Assembly: GCA_965222115.1 (NCBI GenBank)
Contig: CBDCTJ010000003.1
Span: forward strand, 224,001-288,000
Direction: 5' to 3'
DNA: 64,000 nt
From: Planctomycetota bacterium
Lineage (GTDB): Bacteria; Planctomycetota; PLA2; JAEUHO01
Under the pieces are notes generated by a model. That model saw only the letters and a program-made list of their open reading frames with translations, was not told where the DNA came from and did not search any database. A program made the translations under genes and the position numbers. This document shows, piece by piece, positions 9,406 to 18,456 of this stretch. How positions within the stretch are numbered: position 1 is the stretch's first letter; each line of letters starts with the position of its first letter.

Positions 9406-10806
9406 CTAATCCGACTTGTGTCCTAACAAGATGACATACGGGCCAATCTGATCGACGACTTCGTGACGCAAAATGGTGCCATCGCTAAGTACACGGGTCT
9501 CGCCGAGCGTGCCTGCGCGTGCAAGAACTACAATTGGATTGCCGGGCTTGTACGCGGCTGCGGGAAAACGCCTCAAGGTACGAATGTGTGCCGTCGGATC
9601 ACTGGGCCGCTTGTCGTGTGGGGACCAGAAGTATTGATCGCCAAACACGTCGGCCAGTGAACATTCGGCAGCGGCGAAATCGGGTTCAATGTCACAGAGG
9701 ATCCACCCCTTGGGCCCCGCTTGACTGGCCGCCAATCGCGCGGCCGTTCGAAGTTTGGCTAGCGAGGCGCCGGGATGGGGTTTGGCGCCCAACATCCACC
9801 CCATCTGATTGGTAAACACGAGCGCAGCGACGGTAAGCAACCCAACAAGAAGGGACACCGCGCGTATGGAAAGCGCGACGCGACCGTCAAACGGCACCAC
9901 GCCACGCATCCCCAGAAGAACAATGAGCGGTACGAGCAAACACCCCGTACCCAACAGATCCCACGACCACGCAAACGCTTCGGGTGCACCGCGAACCACG
10001 ATCAGTCCCAGATGAACCGCAGCCGCCACCATCCACGCGCGCAAGATCCAACCAACCCATGCGCCTTCCCGCAGCGCCGACACAATGCCGAGTGGTAAGC
10101 CAAGCACGAGCAGACCCAGCGCTGCCACTGCAATCCAAACCGTGGTTGGCGCGAAACTACTTGCGCCTCCGCTTGTGGTCACGAGGTTGAGCACGCTGCA
10201 AGGCCCGAAGAAGAAGAGCGCGAGCCCAAGGCCAATGGCCACGTTGCGCCACGCCGACACCGATTCGCGCGTCGCAAAGCCAAGGAGGGCCGTGGCCATA
10301 TAGAGCGCGCCGGCGGGATGCGCGATCCCGAGTGCGACGCCTCCGGCCGCGCCGAATCGACGGCGGCTTGCGAGGGGTGAGAGCAGAAGCAAGAACGTGA
10401 CGAGTAACAACAGCAACGCCAGCGCATTGCCGTCGGGCCGCGCCCCCCCCGCATGCACAATCATCATCGGATGAACCAAGAGGGCCAAACCGCTGTAGCG
10501 GGAAACTCGCGCACCAAAACCCATACGCAGTGCAAGGAGCATGAGCAGCGGTGCGAGGAGCGCACCGGCGAACCCTTCCATAACCCGCAAGGCGCGCGTG
10601 GCATCGGCGCCCGACGCCACGACGATCGCCACCAAGAAGGGCTGCAGCGGCGGACTGTCTTCAACCGCCCAAACACGGCTGTGACCGAGCCCGTCGGCCA
10701 CACTCGCAAGGACCGCCGCACGCCCCTCGAGGGGAAGCGTGAGCGTTGGCAGCCGGATCAACACACCGGCAAAGAAGAGAATAAGCAGGAAGTAGCGCTG
10801 CTTCAA
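9406..10806 (-). CDS. Polytopic membrane protein, possibly a GT-C-fold (ArnT/PMT-like) glycosyltransferase
   Basis: About 10 hydrophobic segments; LLIRL..E..PPL pattern near the N-terminus; lies downstream of nucleotide-sugar enzymes. Function is inference. Confidence 0.55.
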   Translation of the reverse strand: MKQRYFLLILFFAGVLIRLPTLTLPLEGRAAVLASVADGLGHSRVWAVEDSPPLQPFLVAIVVASGADATRALRVMEGFAGALLAPLLMLLALRMGFGARVSRYSGLALLVHPMMIVHAGGARPDGNALALLLLLVTFLLLLSPLASRRRFGAAGGVALGIAHPAGALYMATALLGFATRESVSAWRNVAIGLGLALFFFGPCSVLNLVTTSGGASSFAPTTVWIAVAALGLLVLGLPLGIVSALREGAWVGWILRAWMVAAAVHLGLIVVRGAPEAFAWSWDLLGTGCLLVPLIVLLGMRGVVPFDGRVALSIRAVSLLVGLLTVAALVFTNQMGWMLGAKPHPGASLAKLRTAARLAASQAGPKGWILCDIEPDFAAAECSLADVFGDQYFWSPHDKRPSDPTAHIRTLRRFPAAAYKPGNPIVVLARAGTLGETRVLSDGTILRHEVVDQIGPYVILLGHKSD

Positions 10807-10812
10807 CGGTGG

Positions 10813-11781
10813 CTACAAACGCTTGGTGATGCGCAGTCCCTTGCCAAGATTCTTCTTGTACCAAATCAACGTCTTGGTGAGGCCCTCGGCGAAACTCACA
10901 CGCGGACGGAAACCGAGCACTTCCTGCGCTTTCAAGATTTCGCCCAACGCGTGTCGTACGTCGGCCTGGCGGCCATCAATGTAGTTGGTGTTTAGCTCTT
11001 CATCGAGCAGGTTGGCAAAAAGTGTCAACATGCCGCCAATGCTCACGCGACTACCGGAGGCAATGTTGAAGACTTCGCCTTCGGCCTTAGGCGCTGTACA
11101 CGCCAAGCGAAACGCCTCGACCACATCGTCGATATGAACAAAGTCGCGCGACTGCTTGCCATCACCAAAGACGGTCGTCTTCTCTTCGCGAAGTACATTG
11201 GCACAGAAGCGCCCGACGACGCCCGCGTGGGAACCTGTGACGGCCTGACGCGGCCCATAAACATTGAAAAGGCGCAGACAAACCGTTTCGAGTCGGTACG
11301 ACATATAAAATACGCGCGCGAGTTCTTCGCCCATGAGCGCACCCGCACCATAGGGCGTATTGGGTGAGGCCAGCATCGACTCTTCTTTGGGCAGCACCGG
11401 GCTCTCGCCATACACCGCGCTGGAGCTGGCATAGATGAAGCGCTTGACCTTCATGTCGCGCGCAGCAATGAGCGCGGCCAAGGTACCATTCACCGCCACG
11501 TCAATGGAGGCCTGAGGATCTTCCACCGAGTCCGGAATGCTTGGGTGTGAGGCGAGATGCAGAAGGTAGTCACATCCCTTGGCGGCCTTCTTAAGTAACG
11601 CCACATCGCGAATGTCGCCTTCGATCACTTTGCATTCGGATGGCTTCAAGTCTTGAAGGTTGCGGCGCGCGCCCGTGGAGAAGTCATCCACGACCACAAC
11701 TTTGTCGCCCGCGCGTACGAAGGCCTCGACGAGATTGGATCCGATGAATCCTGCGCCGCCGGTGATTAGAAGTTTGGCCAT
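10813..11781 (-). CDS. NAD-dependent epimerase/dehydratase (extended SDR, WbpP/WcaG-like) with an atypical YxxxA motif
   Basis: TGGAGFIGS, YASSSAVYG, LRLFNVYGPRQ, GDGKQSRDF; GAGGAG RBS. Confidence 0.9.
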   Translation of the reverse strand: MAKLLITGGAGFIGSNLVEAFVRAGDKVVVVDDFSTGARRNLQDLKPSECKVIEGDIRDVALLKKAAKGCDYLLHLASHPSIPDSVEDPQASIDVAVNGTLAALIAARDMKVKRFIYASSSAVYGESPVLPKEESMLASPNTPYGAGALMGEELARVFYMSYRLETVCLRLFNVYGPRQAVTGSHAGVVGRFCANVLREEKTTVFGDGKQSRDFVHIDDVVEAFRLACTAPKAEGEVFNIASGSRVSIGGMLTLFANLLDEELNTNYIDGRQADVRHALGEILKAQEVLGFRPRVSFAEGLTKTLIWYKKNLGKGLRITKRL

Positions 11782-11991
11782 CGATGCTCCTCGAGGGCCC
11801 GACGCATTCGACGGGCCTGCCCTGGGGTGTGGGGAACCCGATCATCGGGGACCGGCAGGGCACTGCGCCGCGGTTGCGGCGGGAGAAGGTAGTCGATTTG
11901 CGCAATTTTCGTCAACGTATGGCGCTACGGATGAAGCCCGAACAAACGCCGGATTGTGCGTTGAGCCTATAGAGCCCTAACTCTCGGGCGC

Positions 11992-12930
11992 TCAGCCCTT
12001 TGCAGGCGCACCGCGAAACCACGATACGGTGGTCGAGAGCCCTTCCTCAAAGCTGACTTCGGGGCGCCAGCCCAATCCGCGCAGGCGCGTGAGATCCGGC
12101 TGGCGGCGACGCGGGTCGTCGGCCCATGCCTCCGTATGGACGATCGTCGATGTGCTCTCACAGGCCTTGAGCACACGGTGCGCGAAATCGAGAATGCTGA
12201 TCTCACCCTCGCCCCCCACGTTTACGGGACGTGTCTCGTCACTAGCAAGCACGGTCAAGATGCCGCGCACGGTGTCGCTGACGTAACCAAAGCTGCGCGT
12301 CTGCAAACCGTCGCCGTGAACGCGAAGCTCACGCCCGTCCAGGGCTCGGCAGATAAACTCGGGCAGTGCACGACCGTCGTTACGCCGCATGCGTGGGCCG
12401 TAGGTATTGAAGATGCGAACGATGCGCGTGTCGACATCGCGAAAGCGGTGGTAGGCCATAGTGGCGGCTTCGGCATAGCGCTTCGCCTCGTCATACACAC
12501 TGCGCGGACCGATGGAGTTGACATTGCCAAAGTAGTCCTCGGGCTGAGGCGTGACGGCCGGGTCGCCATAGACTTCGCTCGTGCTGGCCAACAAGAAGCG
12601 CGCACCCTTGTCCTTAGCCACATCGAGTGCATGTTCCGTTCCGCGTGACCCCACATGCATGATTTCAAAGGGCAGCATGGCGAAATCGGTGGGACTGGCA
12701 GGGCTGGCGAGATGCAGCACGAAATCCACATCGCCTTCGACCGTCCACGGCTGACTGACGTCACATTCGACGAGCGTGAAGCGTTCACTATCTTGATGAT
12801 GAACAAGATTCTCTCGCTGGCCGGTCAAGAAGTTATCCAACACCGTGACCTGATGGCCGTTCGCGAGCAGTGCATCCACAAGATGGGAGCCAATGGTCCC
12901 CGCGCCGCCAGTAACAACATGATGGGCCAT
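11992..12930 (-). CDS. UDP-glucuronate decarboxylase (UXS) family SDR
   Basis: TGGAGTIGS, HLASPASP, ASTSEVYGDP, GNVNSIGPRSVYDEAKR, RIFNTYGPRM; AGGAGG RBS before ATG 12930. Confidence 0.9.
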   Translation of the reverse strand: MAHHVVTGGAGTIGSHLVDALLANGHQVTVLDNFLTGQRENLVHHQDSERFTLVECDVSQPWTVEGDVDFVLHLASPASPTDFAMLPFEIMHVGSRGTEHALDVAKDKGARFLLASTSEVYGDPAVTPQPEDYFGNVNSIGPRSVYDEAKRYAEAATMAYHRFRDVDTRIVRIFNTYGPRMRRNDGRALPEFICRALDGRELRVHGDGLQTRSFGYVSDTVRGILTVLASDETRPVNVGGEGEISILDFAHRVLKACESTSTIVHTEAWADDPRRRQPDLTRLRGLGWRPEVSFEEGLSTTVSWFRGAPAKG

Positions 12931-13009
12931 CGACGGAACCTCCTGCTTGAATCGTGAAGCGCGTTGGCGCAGACTGATTCCAGTCGCATTGTTCCTCAAC
13001 CCAAAGCGA

Positions 13010-13825
13010 ATGGGATCACTTTTGCTCCTCCGAACCGCCATCGTGATCGCTTCCACGCTGCTCATGCCATCCTGCGCAACGGTTGATTCACGCCACCCGT
13101 GCAGTCCTGCCAATCCGGCATCGATTCATGGCCCATGGAACTCGCCCTGTGATGTTCAACGCGGACTCGACGCCATTGAGTGTGCCTACCGAACGGTGCG
13201 GGACCGCCGGGGCATGTTCGTAACCTTCTACGCAGAGGCAACGCATGCGATTCGACAAGACATGGCACGCGGTGCTTACCTCGACAACGCATTCGTATCC
13301 GAATTGCTGGTGAGATTTGCCAACTACTATCGACGACCGCTAGTGCTTGAACGAAGCGGCCGGCGTTCGTGTGCGCCCGCCGTGTGGCGCAATGCATATC
13401 GCGCCAGCCGCGATCCACTTGTGGGCGCGCCCCGTACGTTGATACTTGGAATTCTTGCCCATGTTCGAGATCTTGGCTTCGCGCTCGCTGACATCGAGGG
13501 ACCGCTCGGCCCCAGACGCAAGCAAGACTATGGCACCATCGGCAACGCCGTTGCCTCATGCATCGATCGCGCAACACAACGCGTCGCACAGGACTATGCG
13601 CCCGGGATCGCCACCCTCGACGCACTTCTCCTGCGCTTCGACGAACGTGCTCTAATTCACTGGCTTGAGGTCATCCGCGCTGACGCCTGGAACTTCGCAT
13701 GCGATTACAAGCGCGCTCACACTCGATCCCAACGCCGCTCCCTCACCGCTGCTTACGAACAACGATTCCTCGCCCGCAGCTACTTCATCTGGGGCCCCAC
13801 GGCTCTCTTCCCCTCGCAACGATAG
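13010..13825 (+). CDS. DUF5995-like protein, possible lipoprotein
   Basis: F..FYAEAT..I, FANYY, PAVW..A, LGILAHVRDL pattern; LMPSC lipobox-like motif. Confidence 0.65.
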   Translation: MGSLLLLRTAIVIASTLLMPSCATVDSRHPCSPANPASIHGPWNSPCDVQRGLDAIECAYRTVRDRRGMFVTFYAEATHAIRQDMARGAYLDNAFVSELLVRFANYYRRPLVLERSGRRSCAPAVWRNAYRASRDPLVGAPRTLILGILAHVRDLGFALADIEGPLGPRRKQDYGTIGNAVASCIDRATQRVAQDYAPGIATLDALLLRFDERALIHWLEVIRADAWNFACDYKRAHTRSQRRSLTAAYEQRFLARSYFIWGPTALFPSQR

Positions 13826-13828
13826 CGT

Positions 13829-13951
13829 GCGCCAAAAATACCTGGTTTCTGTGGCGCATCCGCGACCGTCCCACGCATCGCCATGCGCCAGAAATACCTG
13901 GTACTCTTGGCTCACAAGCGGCGCGCCAAATTTACCTGGTATTTTTGGCGC
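13829..13951. repeat. Family B palindromic repeat cluster: 3 x 29-bp units between convergent genes
   Basis: GCGCCAAAAATACCTGGTTTCTGTGGCGC (13829-13857), GCGCCAGAAATACCTGGTACTCTTGGCTC (13885-13913), GCGCCAAATTTACCTGGTATTTTTGGCGC (13923-13951). Confidence 0.9.
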
Positions 13952-13952
13952 G

Positions 13953-15293
13953 CTAGTCGCTGAGGAGTTCGTCAAGGAAGCGGGTGGTGTAGTCGCCTTG
14001 CTCGAAGTAGGCGTTGCGCATAATGCGGCGGTGCAGTGAGAGATTGGTCTTGATGCCCTCGATGCGGAACTCGTCGAGGGCGCGGCTCATACGCTGGATG
14101 GCGTGCTCGCGCGTGTCGGCGTGTACGAGCACCTTGGCTATCATGCTGTCGTAGTTGGGCGGAATGCGATAGCCCGCCGTGACGTGCGTATCCATGCGCA
14201 CGCCGGGGCCGCCGGGCACATCGAAGCGCGTCACGGTGCCGGGGCTGGGCGCGAAACCGCGTTCGGGATCTTCGGCGTTGATTCGCACTTCAATGGCGTG
14301 TCCACGTGGTTTCACCGACTGCTGCTTGCGACCAAGCGTTTCACCTGCCGCCAACCGAATCTGTTCTTTGATGAGATCCACACCCGAGATGAGTTCTGTG
14401 ACCGGATGCTCCACCTGAATGCGCGCATTGACTTCGATGAAGTAGAACTTTTTGCCTTCCACCAAGAACTCAACGGTGCCGGCGCCGTGATAGCCCACCT
14501 GCTTGGCGAGTTTGACGGCGGAACGGCCCATCTTGGTGCGCAAGTCTGAGGGAATGCCCGGGCTTGGCCCTTCCTCAACGACCTTCTGATGCCGCCGTTG
14601 AATGGAACAGTCGCGTTCATAGAGGTGAATCGCGTCGCCCTTCTTGTCGCCGAGAATCTGTATCTCAATGTGGCGCGGATTCTCAAGATACTTTTCGATG
14701 TAGATCGACGGATCGCCAAACGCAATGTCGGCCTCGGCACGCGCGGTGGCCATGCTCTGGATCAACGACATATCGTTATGCGCTACGCGCATGCCACGAC
14801 CTCCGCCCCCACTCACCGCTTTGATGAGCACGGGATAGCCCACGCGCTTGGCGACTTCCAATGCCGTCTCGTCGTCTTCAACGGGACCGTCACTGCCCTC
14901 AACAATAGGAATACCCGCAGACTTTGCCGCGGCTTTCGCTTGAGCTTTGTCACCCAATCGACGAATCGTGTCTACGTCGGGGCCAATGAACTCAATATTG
15001 TTGGCGCGACACACCTCGGCAAAGTGCGCATTCTCCGCAAGAAAGCCATAGCCAGGATGAACGGCGTCCACATCGGCAATCTCGGCAGCCGAGATAATGC
15101 TGGGAATGGACAAGTAGCTCTTGGCACTGGGCGCCGGACCAATGCAAATCGCTTCGTCGGCCAAGTCGAGATAGGCGGCGCCCGCATCGGCCTTGCTGTA
15201 AACGGCCACACTTTCGATCTCGAGTTCATGGCACGCGCGAATAATACGCAGCGCAATCTCGCCCCGGTTGGCAATGAGCAGACGCTTGATCAT
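13953..15293 (-). CDS. accC: Acetyl-CoA carboxylase biotin carboxylase subunit
   Basis: LIANRGEIA, HPGYGFLAEN, GGGGRGMR, ERDCSIQRRHQK, RIQVEHPVTE, YDSMIAK. Confidence 0.97.
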   Translation of the reverse strand: MIKRLLIANRGEIALRIIRACHELEIESVAVYSKADAGAAYLDLADEAICIGPAPSAKSYLSIPSIISAAEIADVDAVHPGYGFLAENAHFAEVCRANNIEFIGPDVDTIRRLGDKAQAKAAAKSAGIPIVEGSDGPVEDDETALEVAKRVGYPVLIKAVSGGGGRGMRVAHNDMSLIQSMATARAEADIAFGDPSIYIEKYLENPRHIEIQILGDKKGDAIHLYERDCSIQRRHQKVVEEGPSPGIPSDLRTKMGRSAVKLAKQVGYHGAGTVEFLVEGKKFYFIEVNARIQVEHPVTELISGVDLIKEQIRLAAGETLGRKQQSVKPRGHAIEVRINAEDPERGFAPSPGTVTRFDVPGGPGVRMDTHVTAGYRIPPNYDSMIAKVLVHADTREHAIQRMSRALDEFRIEGIKTNLSLHRRIMRNAYFEQGDYTTRFLDELLSD

Positions 15294-15299
15294 CGGGGG

Positions 15300-15779
15300 C
15301 TACGAACTCCGCACACGGAAGAGCGGTTGATCAAACTCCACCGGCTCGCCGTCCTCGACCAAGACTTCGACAATCTCGCCGGTCATCTCGGCCTTGAGTT
15401 CGTTATTCACCTTCATCGCTTCAACAATGCACACCACCGTGTCGGAATCGATTCGGTCCCCCACACTCACGTAGGGGTCCGAGTCTGGATTCGGCTTGCG
15501 ATAAAACGTCCCGACCATGGGCGAGAGGATTTCCTTCACACCTGAAGGCAGCGTCCCGGGCGTGGCATCGCTTGCGGCAGGCGACGCAGCAGCCGGTTGA
15601 GCCGTTTGAGGCGCAGCAGCAGGAGCCGCACCGGGTGCTGCCTGCCAGTTGACCGTCGCGGGGGCCATCGCACCCGCCTTGCGGAGGTGAACCCGCTCGC
15701 CATCTCGCTCAATTTCCAGCTCGACAAGCCCGTTGTCGTTCATCAACTGGACGAGCTTTTCGAGCTCGCGTTGGTCCAT
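15300..15779 (-). CDS. accB: Biotin carboxyl carrier protein
   Basis: SPMVGTFY, EAMK biotinylation site, Ala/Pro linker; directly upstream of accC. Confidence 0.96.
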   Translation of the reverse strand: MDQRELEKLVQLMNDNGLVELEIERDGERVHLRKAGAMAPATVNWQAAPGAAPAAAPQTAQPAAASPAASDATPGTLPSGVKEILSPMVGTFYRKPNPDSDPYVSVGDRIDSDTVVCIVEAMKVNNELKAEMTGEIVEVLVEDGEPVEFDQPLFRVRSS

Positions 15780-15970
15780 GGCCGCCCCCCGGCTGACTGG
15801 TGGTGGAGAAGAACGCGAAGTGTAGTCGAATCCCACTCCCGGCTCGCGCTTGATCCGGGCGCCCACAGGCGAGTCGCGGATCTTCTCAAACCCGGTTCGG
15901 TTGGTGTTTGCTATCACCCGTAGGTGCTGGAATGCCTATTCCGTGCTACCGCCCGGCTACACTCAACCTC

Positions 15971-16276
15971 ATGCGACCTATTCCACGTCACGCGACGCAG
16001 TCCCCGGACACTTCTCCGTGGGCAGATGCAGTCATGATGCGCGCCTATCGTGCAATGTCGCCGATCGAGCGTATCCGCAGAATCGGCGAACTGGGGCGCA
16101 TGGTTGAAGCCGTCGCACTTGCTGGACTTCGTCAGGATTTTCCAATGGCCTCGAATCGCGAGCTGAAACTCCGGCTCGCGGCTCGCCGACATCCTGCGAG
16201 AGTCATGCGCGCCTTTGGATGGGACCCTGACACAGAGACATTCATTGAGCCCACGTCATTGACTGAGCGAGCATAA
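15971..16276 (+). CDS. Small helical protein, candidate antitoxin/partner of the downstream nucleotidyltransferase
   Basis: SPDTS...YRAMSPIERI...AGLRQDFP.AS..ELKLRLA; 16 bp before the NTase gene. Confidence 0.65.
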   Translation: MRPIPRHATQSPDTSPWADAVMMRAYRAMSPIERIRRIGELGRMVEAVALAGLRQDFPMASNRELKLRLAARRHPARVMRAFGWDPDTETFIEPTSLTERA

Positions 16277-16292
16277 CGTTAGGACCTGATTC

Positions 16293-16871
16293 GTGGTCAC
16301 CTCGCCAGAAGACGCGCTTCGTGCTCTAGCGAAAGCCCTGCTGGCGGCGAATGTTCCTTACGTCGTAGGTGGTTCGGTCGCCAGCAGCCGATACGGCGAG
16401 GTTCGCACAACCAACGATGTCGATGTGGTACTCGATATCGCACCGGCGAACTCAGCGTCGTTTCTTCGAGCTGTTGAGCAGGATTTTCTAGTTAACGAAG
16501 TCGCCGTTCGAGATGCCATTCGACGACAGTCCTCGTTTCAAGCATTCCATGGCGCAAGCATGGTCAAGTTTGACTTCTTTATCGCAGGAACGGACGCCAG
16601 ATCCATTCGGCAGATTCAGAACGCTCGTCCATTGAATTTAGAGAACATAGATGTATTCATATCGTCCCCCGAAGACATCGTTCTCAGCAAACTGGTCTGG
16701 TACGAAATGTCAAATGGCGTGTTGGAGCGACAGCTTCGTGATGTCGTCGGGGTACTAAAAGTTAGTGGCGCATCAATGAACATCGCTGAACTCCGCGAAT
16801 GGGCAGAGCGACTTGGCGTTGCCAAACTTCTACGAGTCGTACTAGAAGACGCAGGCATACCAGTCGATTAG
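16293..16871 (+). CDS. Pol-beta-fold nucleotidyltransferase (DUF6036/AbiEii-like)
   Basis: GGSVASSRYGEVRTTNDVD (GS...DxD), KFDFF, SPEDIVLSKL, RQLRDV. Confidence 0.8.
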   Translation: MVTSPEDALRALAKALLAANVPYVVGGSVASSRYGEVRTTNDVDVVLDIAPANSASFLRAVEQDFLVNEVAVRDAIRRQSSFQAFHGASMVKFDFFIAGTDARSIRQIQNARPLNLENIDVFISSPEDIVLSKLVWYEMSNGVLERQLRDVVGVLKVSGASMNIAELREWAERLGVAKLLRVVLEDAGIPVD

Positions 16872-17935
16872 GTGCGCGACGTCTGCCCCACGCCACACAC
16901 GTACTCGGCAATCTCAATCGCGTTGAGCGCGGCGCCCTTACGTATCTGATCGCCACACAGCCATAGGTCGATGGCGTTCTCGTTTCCGGGGTCCCGGCGA
17001 ATGCGACCAACCAAGACATCATCTTTCCCGTTGGCGTCGCGTGGTGTGGGAAAGGCCATCTCGTCGGGCTCATCCACAAGCGTGACGCCCGGCGCTGTAG
17101 CCAGGGCATGTCGCAGCGCCGGCGTACTGGGACGCACGCCAAACTCGATGTTCACCGACTCACTGTGCGCGCGCCACACCGGAACACGTACGCACGTGGC
17201 CGAAACCGCGAGGTCGGGAGACTCAAGAATGCGTCGGCTCTCGTGGATGAGTTTCCACTCTTCGGTGGTGAGATCACCATCCGCAAACGCCTGCACAAAG
17301 GGTATCGCATTGGCATAGATGGGAACCGGATAGATTTCACACGTGAGCGGCTCGCCTCGGATGGCGGCGGCCTGCTGCGCCTCCAGCTCGCGAATGCCGC
17401 CAACGCCCGAACCCGATACCGCTTGATACGTGCTCACAACAATACGCTTCACGGGAGACAGGCGATGGGTCGGACCCAATACCATCATCAACAAAATGGT
17501 GCTGCAGTTGGGATTGGCCACAATGCCGGGCTTGAGATTCCCAAGCGGTTGATCGGGACGTAGCGTGTCCAATGTGTGCCCATTGATCTGCGGCACAACC
17601 AACGGAATGTTGGCATCCCGGCGAAACGCACTGCTGTTGTCAATGACGAGCGCGCCCTCGTTGGCAGCACGTCGCGCTTCGTCTTTCAGCGCAGAGCCCG
17701 CAGAAAAGAATGCGATGTCGGTTTCACGAAAATCAAAGGACGAAAGCGCGGCCACAGTGTGGTCGGAACCACGAAAAGGGAGCTTCGTTCCGGCAGATCG
17801 AGGAGACGCCAACAACGAGAGCGATGCGATTGGAAAACCACGTTCGTCGAGCAGGGCCATCAACTCACGACCCACGACGCCCGTAGCACCTGCAATCGCT
17901 ATGCGGTATCCGTCTCGTTGCGTCGAGTCCGTCAC
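16868..17935 (-). CDS. asd: Aspartate-semialdehyde dehydrogenase
   Basis: GATGVVG, IDNSSAFR, ANPNCST, STYQAVSGSG, TCVRVPV, GDQIRKGAALNA. Confidence 0.96.
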   Translation of the reverse strand: MTDSTQRDGYRIAIAGATGVVGRELMALLDERGFPIASLSLLASPRSAGTKLPFRGSDHTVAALSSFDFRETDIAFFSAGSALKDEARRAANEGALVIDNSSAFRRDANIPLVVPQINGHTLDTLRPDQPLGNLKPGIVANPNCSTILLMMVLGPTHRLSPVKRIVVSTYQAVSGSGVGGIRELEAQQAAAIRGEPLTCEIYPVPIYANAIPFVQAFADGDLTTEEWKLIHESRRILESPDLAVSATCVRVPVWRAHSESVNIEFGVRPSTPALRHALATAPGVTLVDEPDEMAFPTPRDANGKDDVLVGRIRRDPGNENAIDLWLCGDQIRKGAALNAIEIAEYVCGVGQTSRT

Positions 17936-18420
17936 GACGAGCTTCCTTCACGTTTCCATGTGCCGGACCGCCCGCCCTCTTTGACGAGCAATCGCACCGA
18001 TGACAGTTCCGCCGAACGATCCACACCCTTCACCATGTCATAGAGCGCCATGCCCGCAGCACACACAGCGACCATTGCCTCCATTTCAACGCCCGTGCGA
18101 TCGATGGCTTGCACTTCGGCGGTGATTCGCACCTGTTCCTGTTGCACATCGAGGTCAATGACAACGTGCCTAATGCTGAGCGGGTGGCACAGGGGAATCC
18201 AATTGCTCGTCTGTTTGGCACCTTGAATGCCCGCGATGCGGGCCACGGCGAGGGCGTCGCCCTTTTCAATCTCGCCGCCTTTTAGCTTTGCTGCCGTCTC
18301 GGGGGCGACCTTTAGCCAGCCCTCCGCCACCGCACGACGCTGCGTCTTGGGCTTGGTCGTGACGTCCACCATGTGCGCGGCGCCACGTTCGTCGAGATGG
18401 GTGAAGGCATCGGAGTTCAT
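17932..18420 (-). CDS. moaC: Cyclic pyranopterin monophosphate synthase
   Basis: FTHLD..G.AHMVDV, IPLCHP, TGVEMEA, YDMVK, KEGGRSG. Confidence 0.96.
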   Translation of the reverse strand: MNSDAFTHLDERGAAHMVDVTTKPKTQRRAVAEGWLKVAPETAAKLKGGEIEKGDALAVARIAGIQGAKQTSNWIPLCHPLSIRHVVIDLDVQQEQVRITAEVQAIDRTGVEMEAMVAVCAAGMALYDMVKGVDRSAELSSVRLLVKEGGRSGTWKREGSSS

Positions 18421-18456
18421 CGCCCAAGTGTAGTGCTGATCGAGGAGAAGGGGCAA

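Noticed and set aside
13829-13951. CRISPR array (29-bp palindromic repeats)
   Set aside because: Spacers are 27, 9 and 12 bp, units are divergent and fully palindromic, clusters have only 2-3 units, and there is no cas gene or leader in the window.
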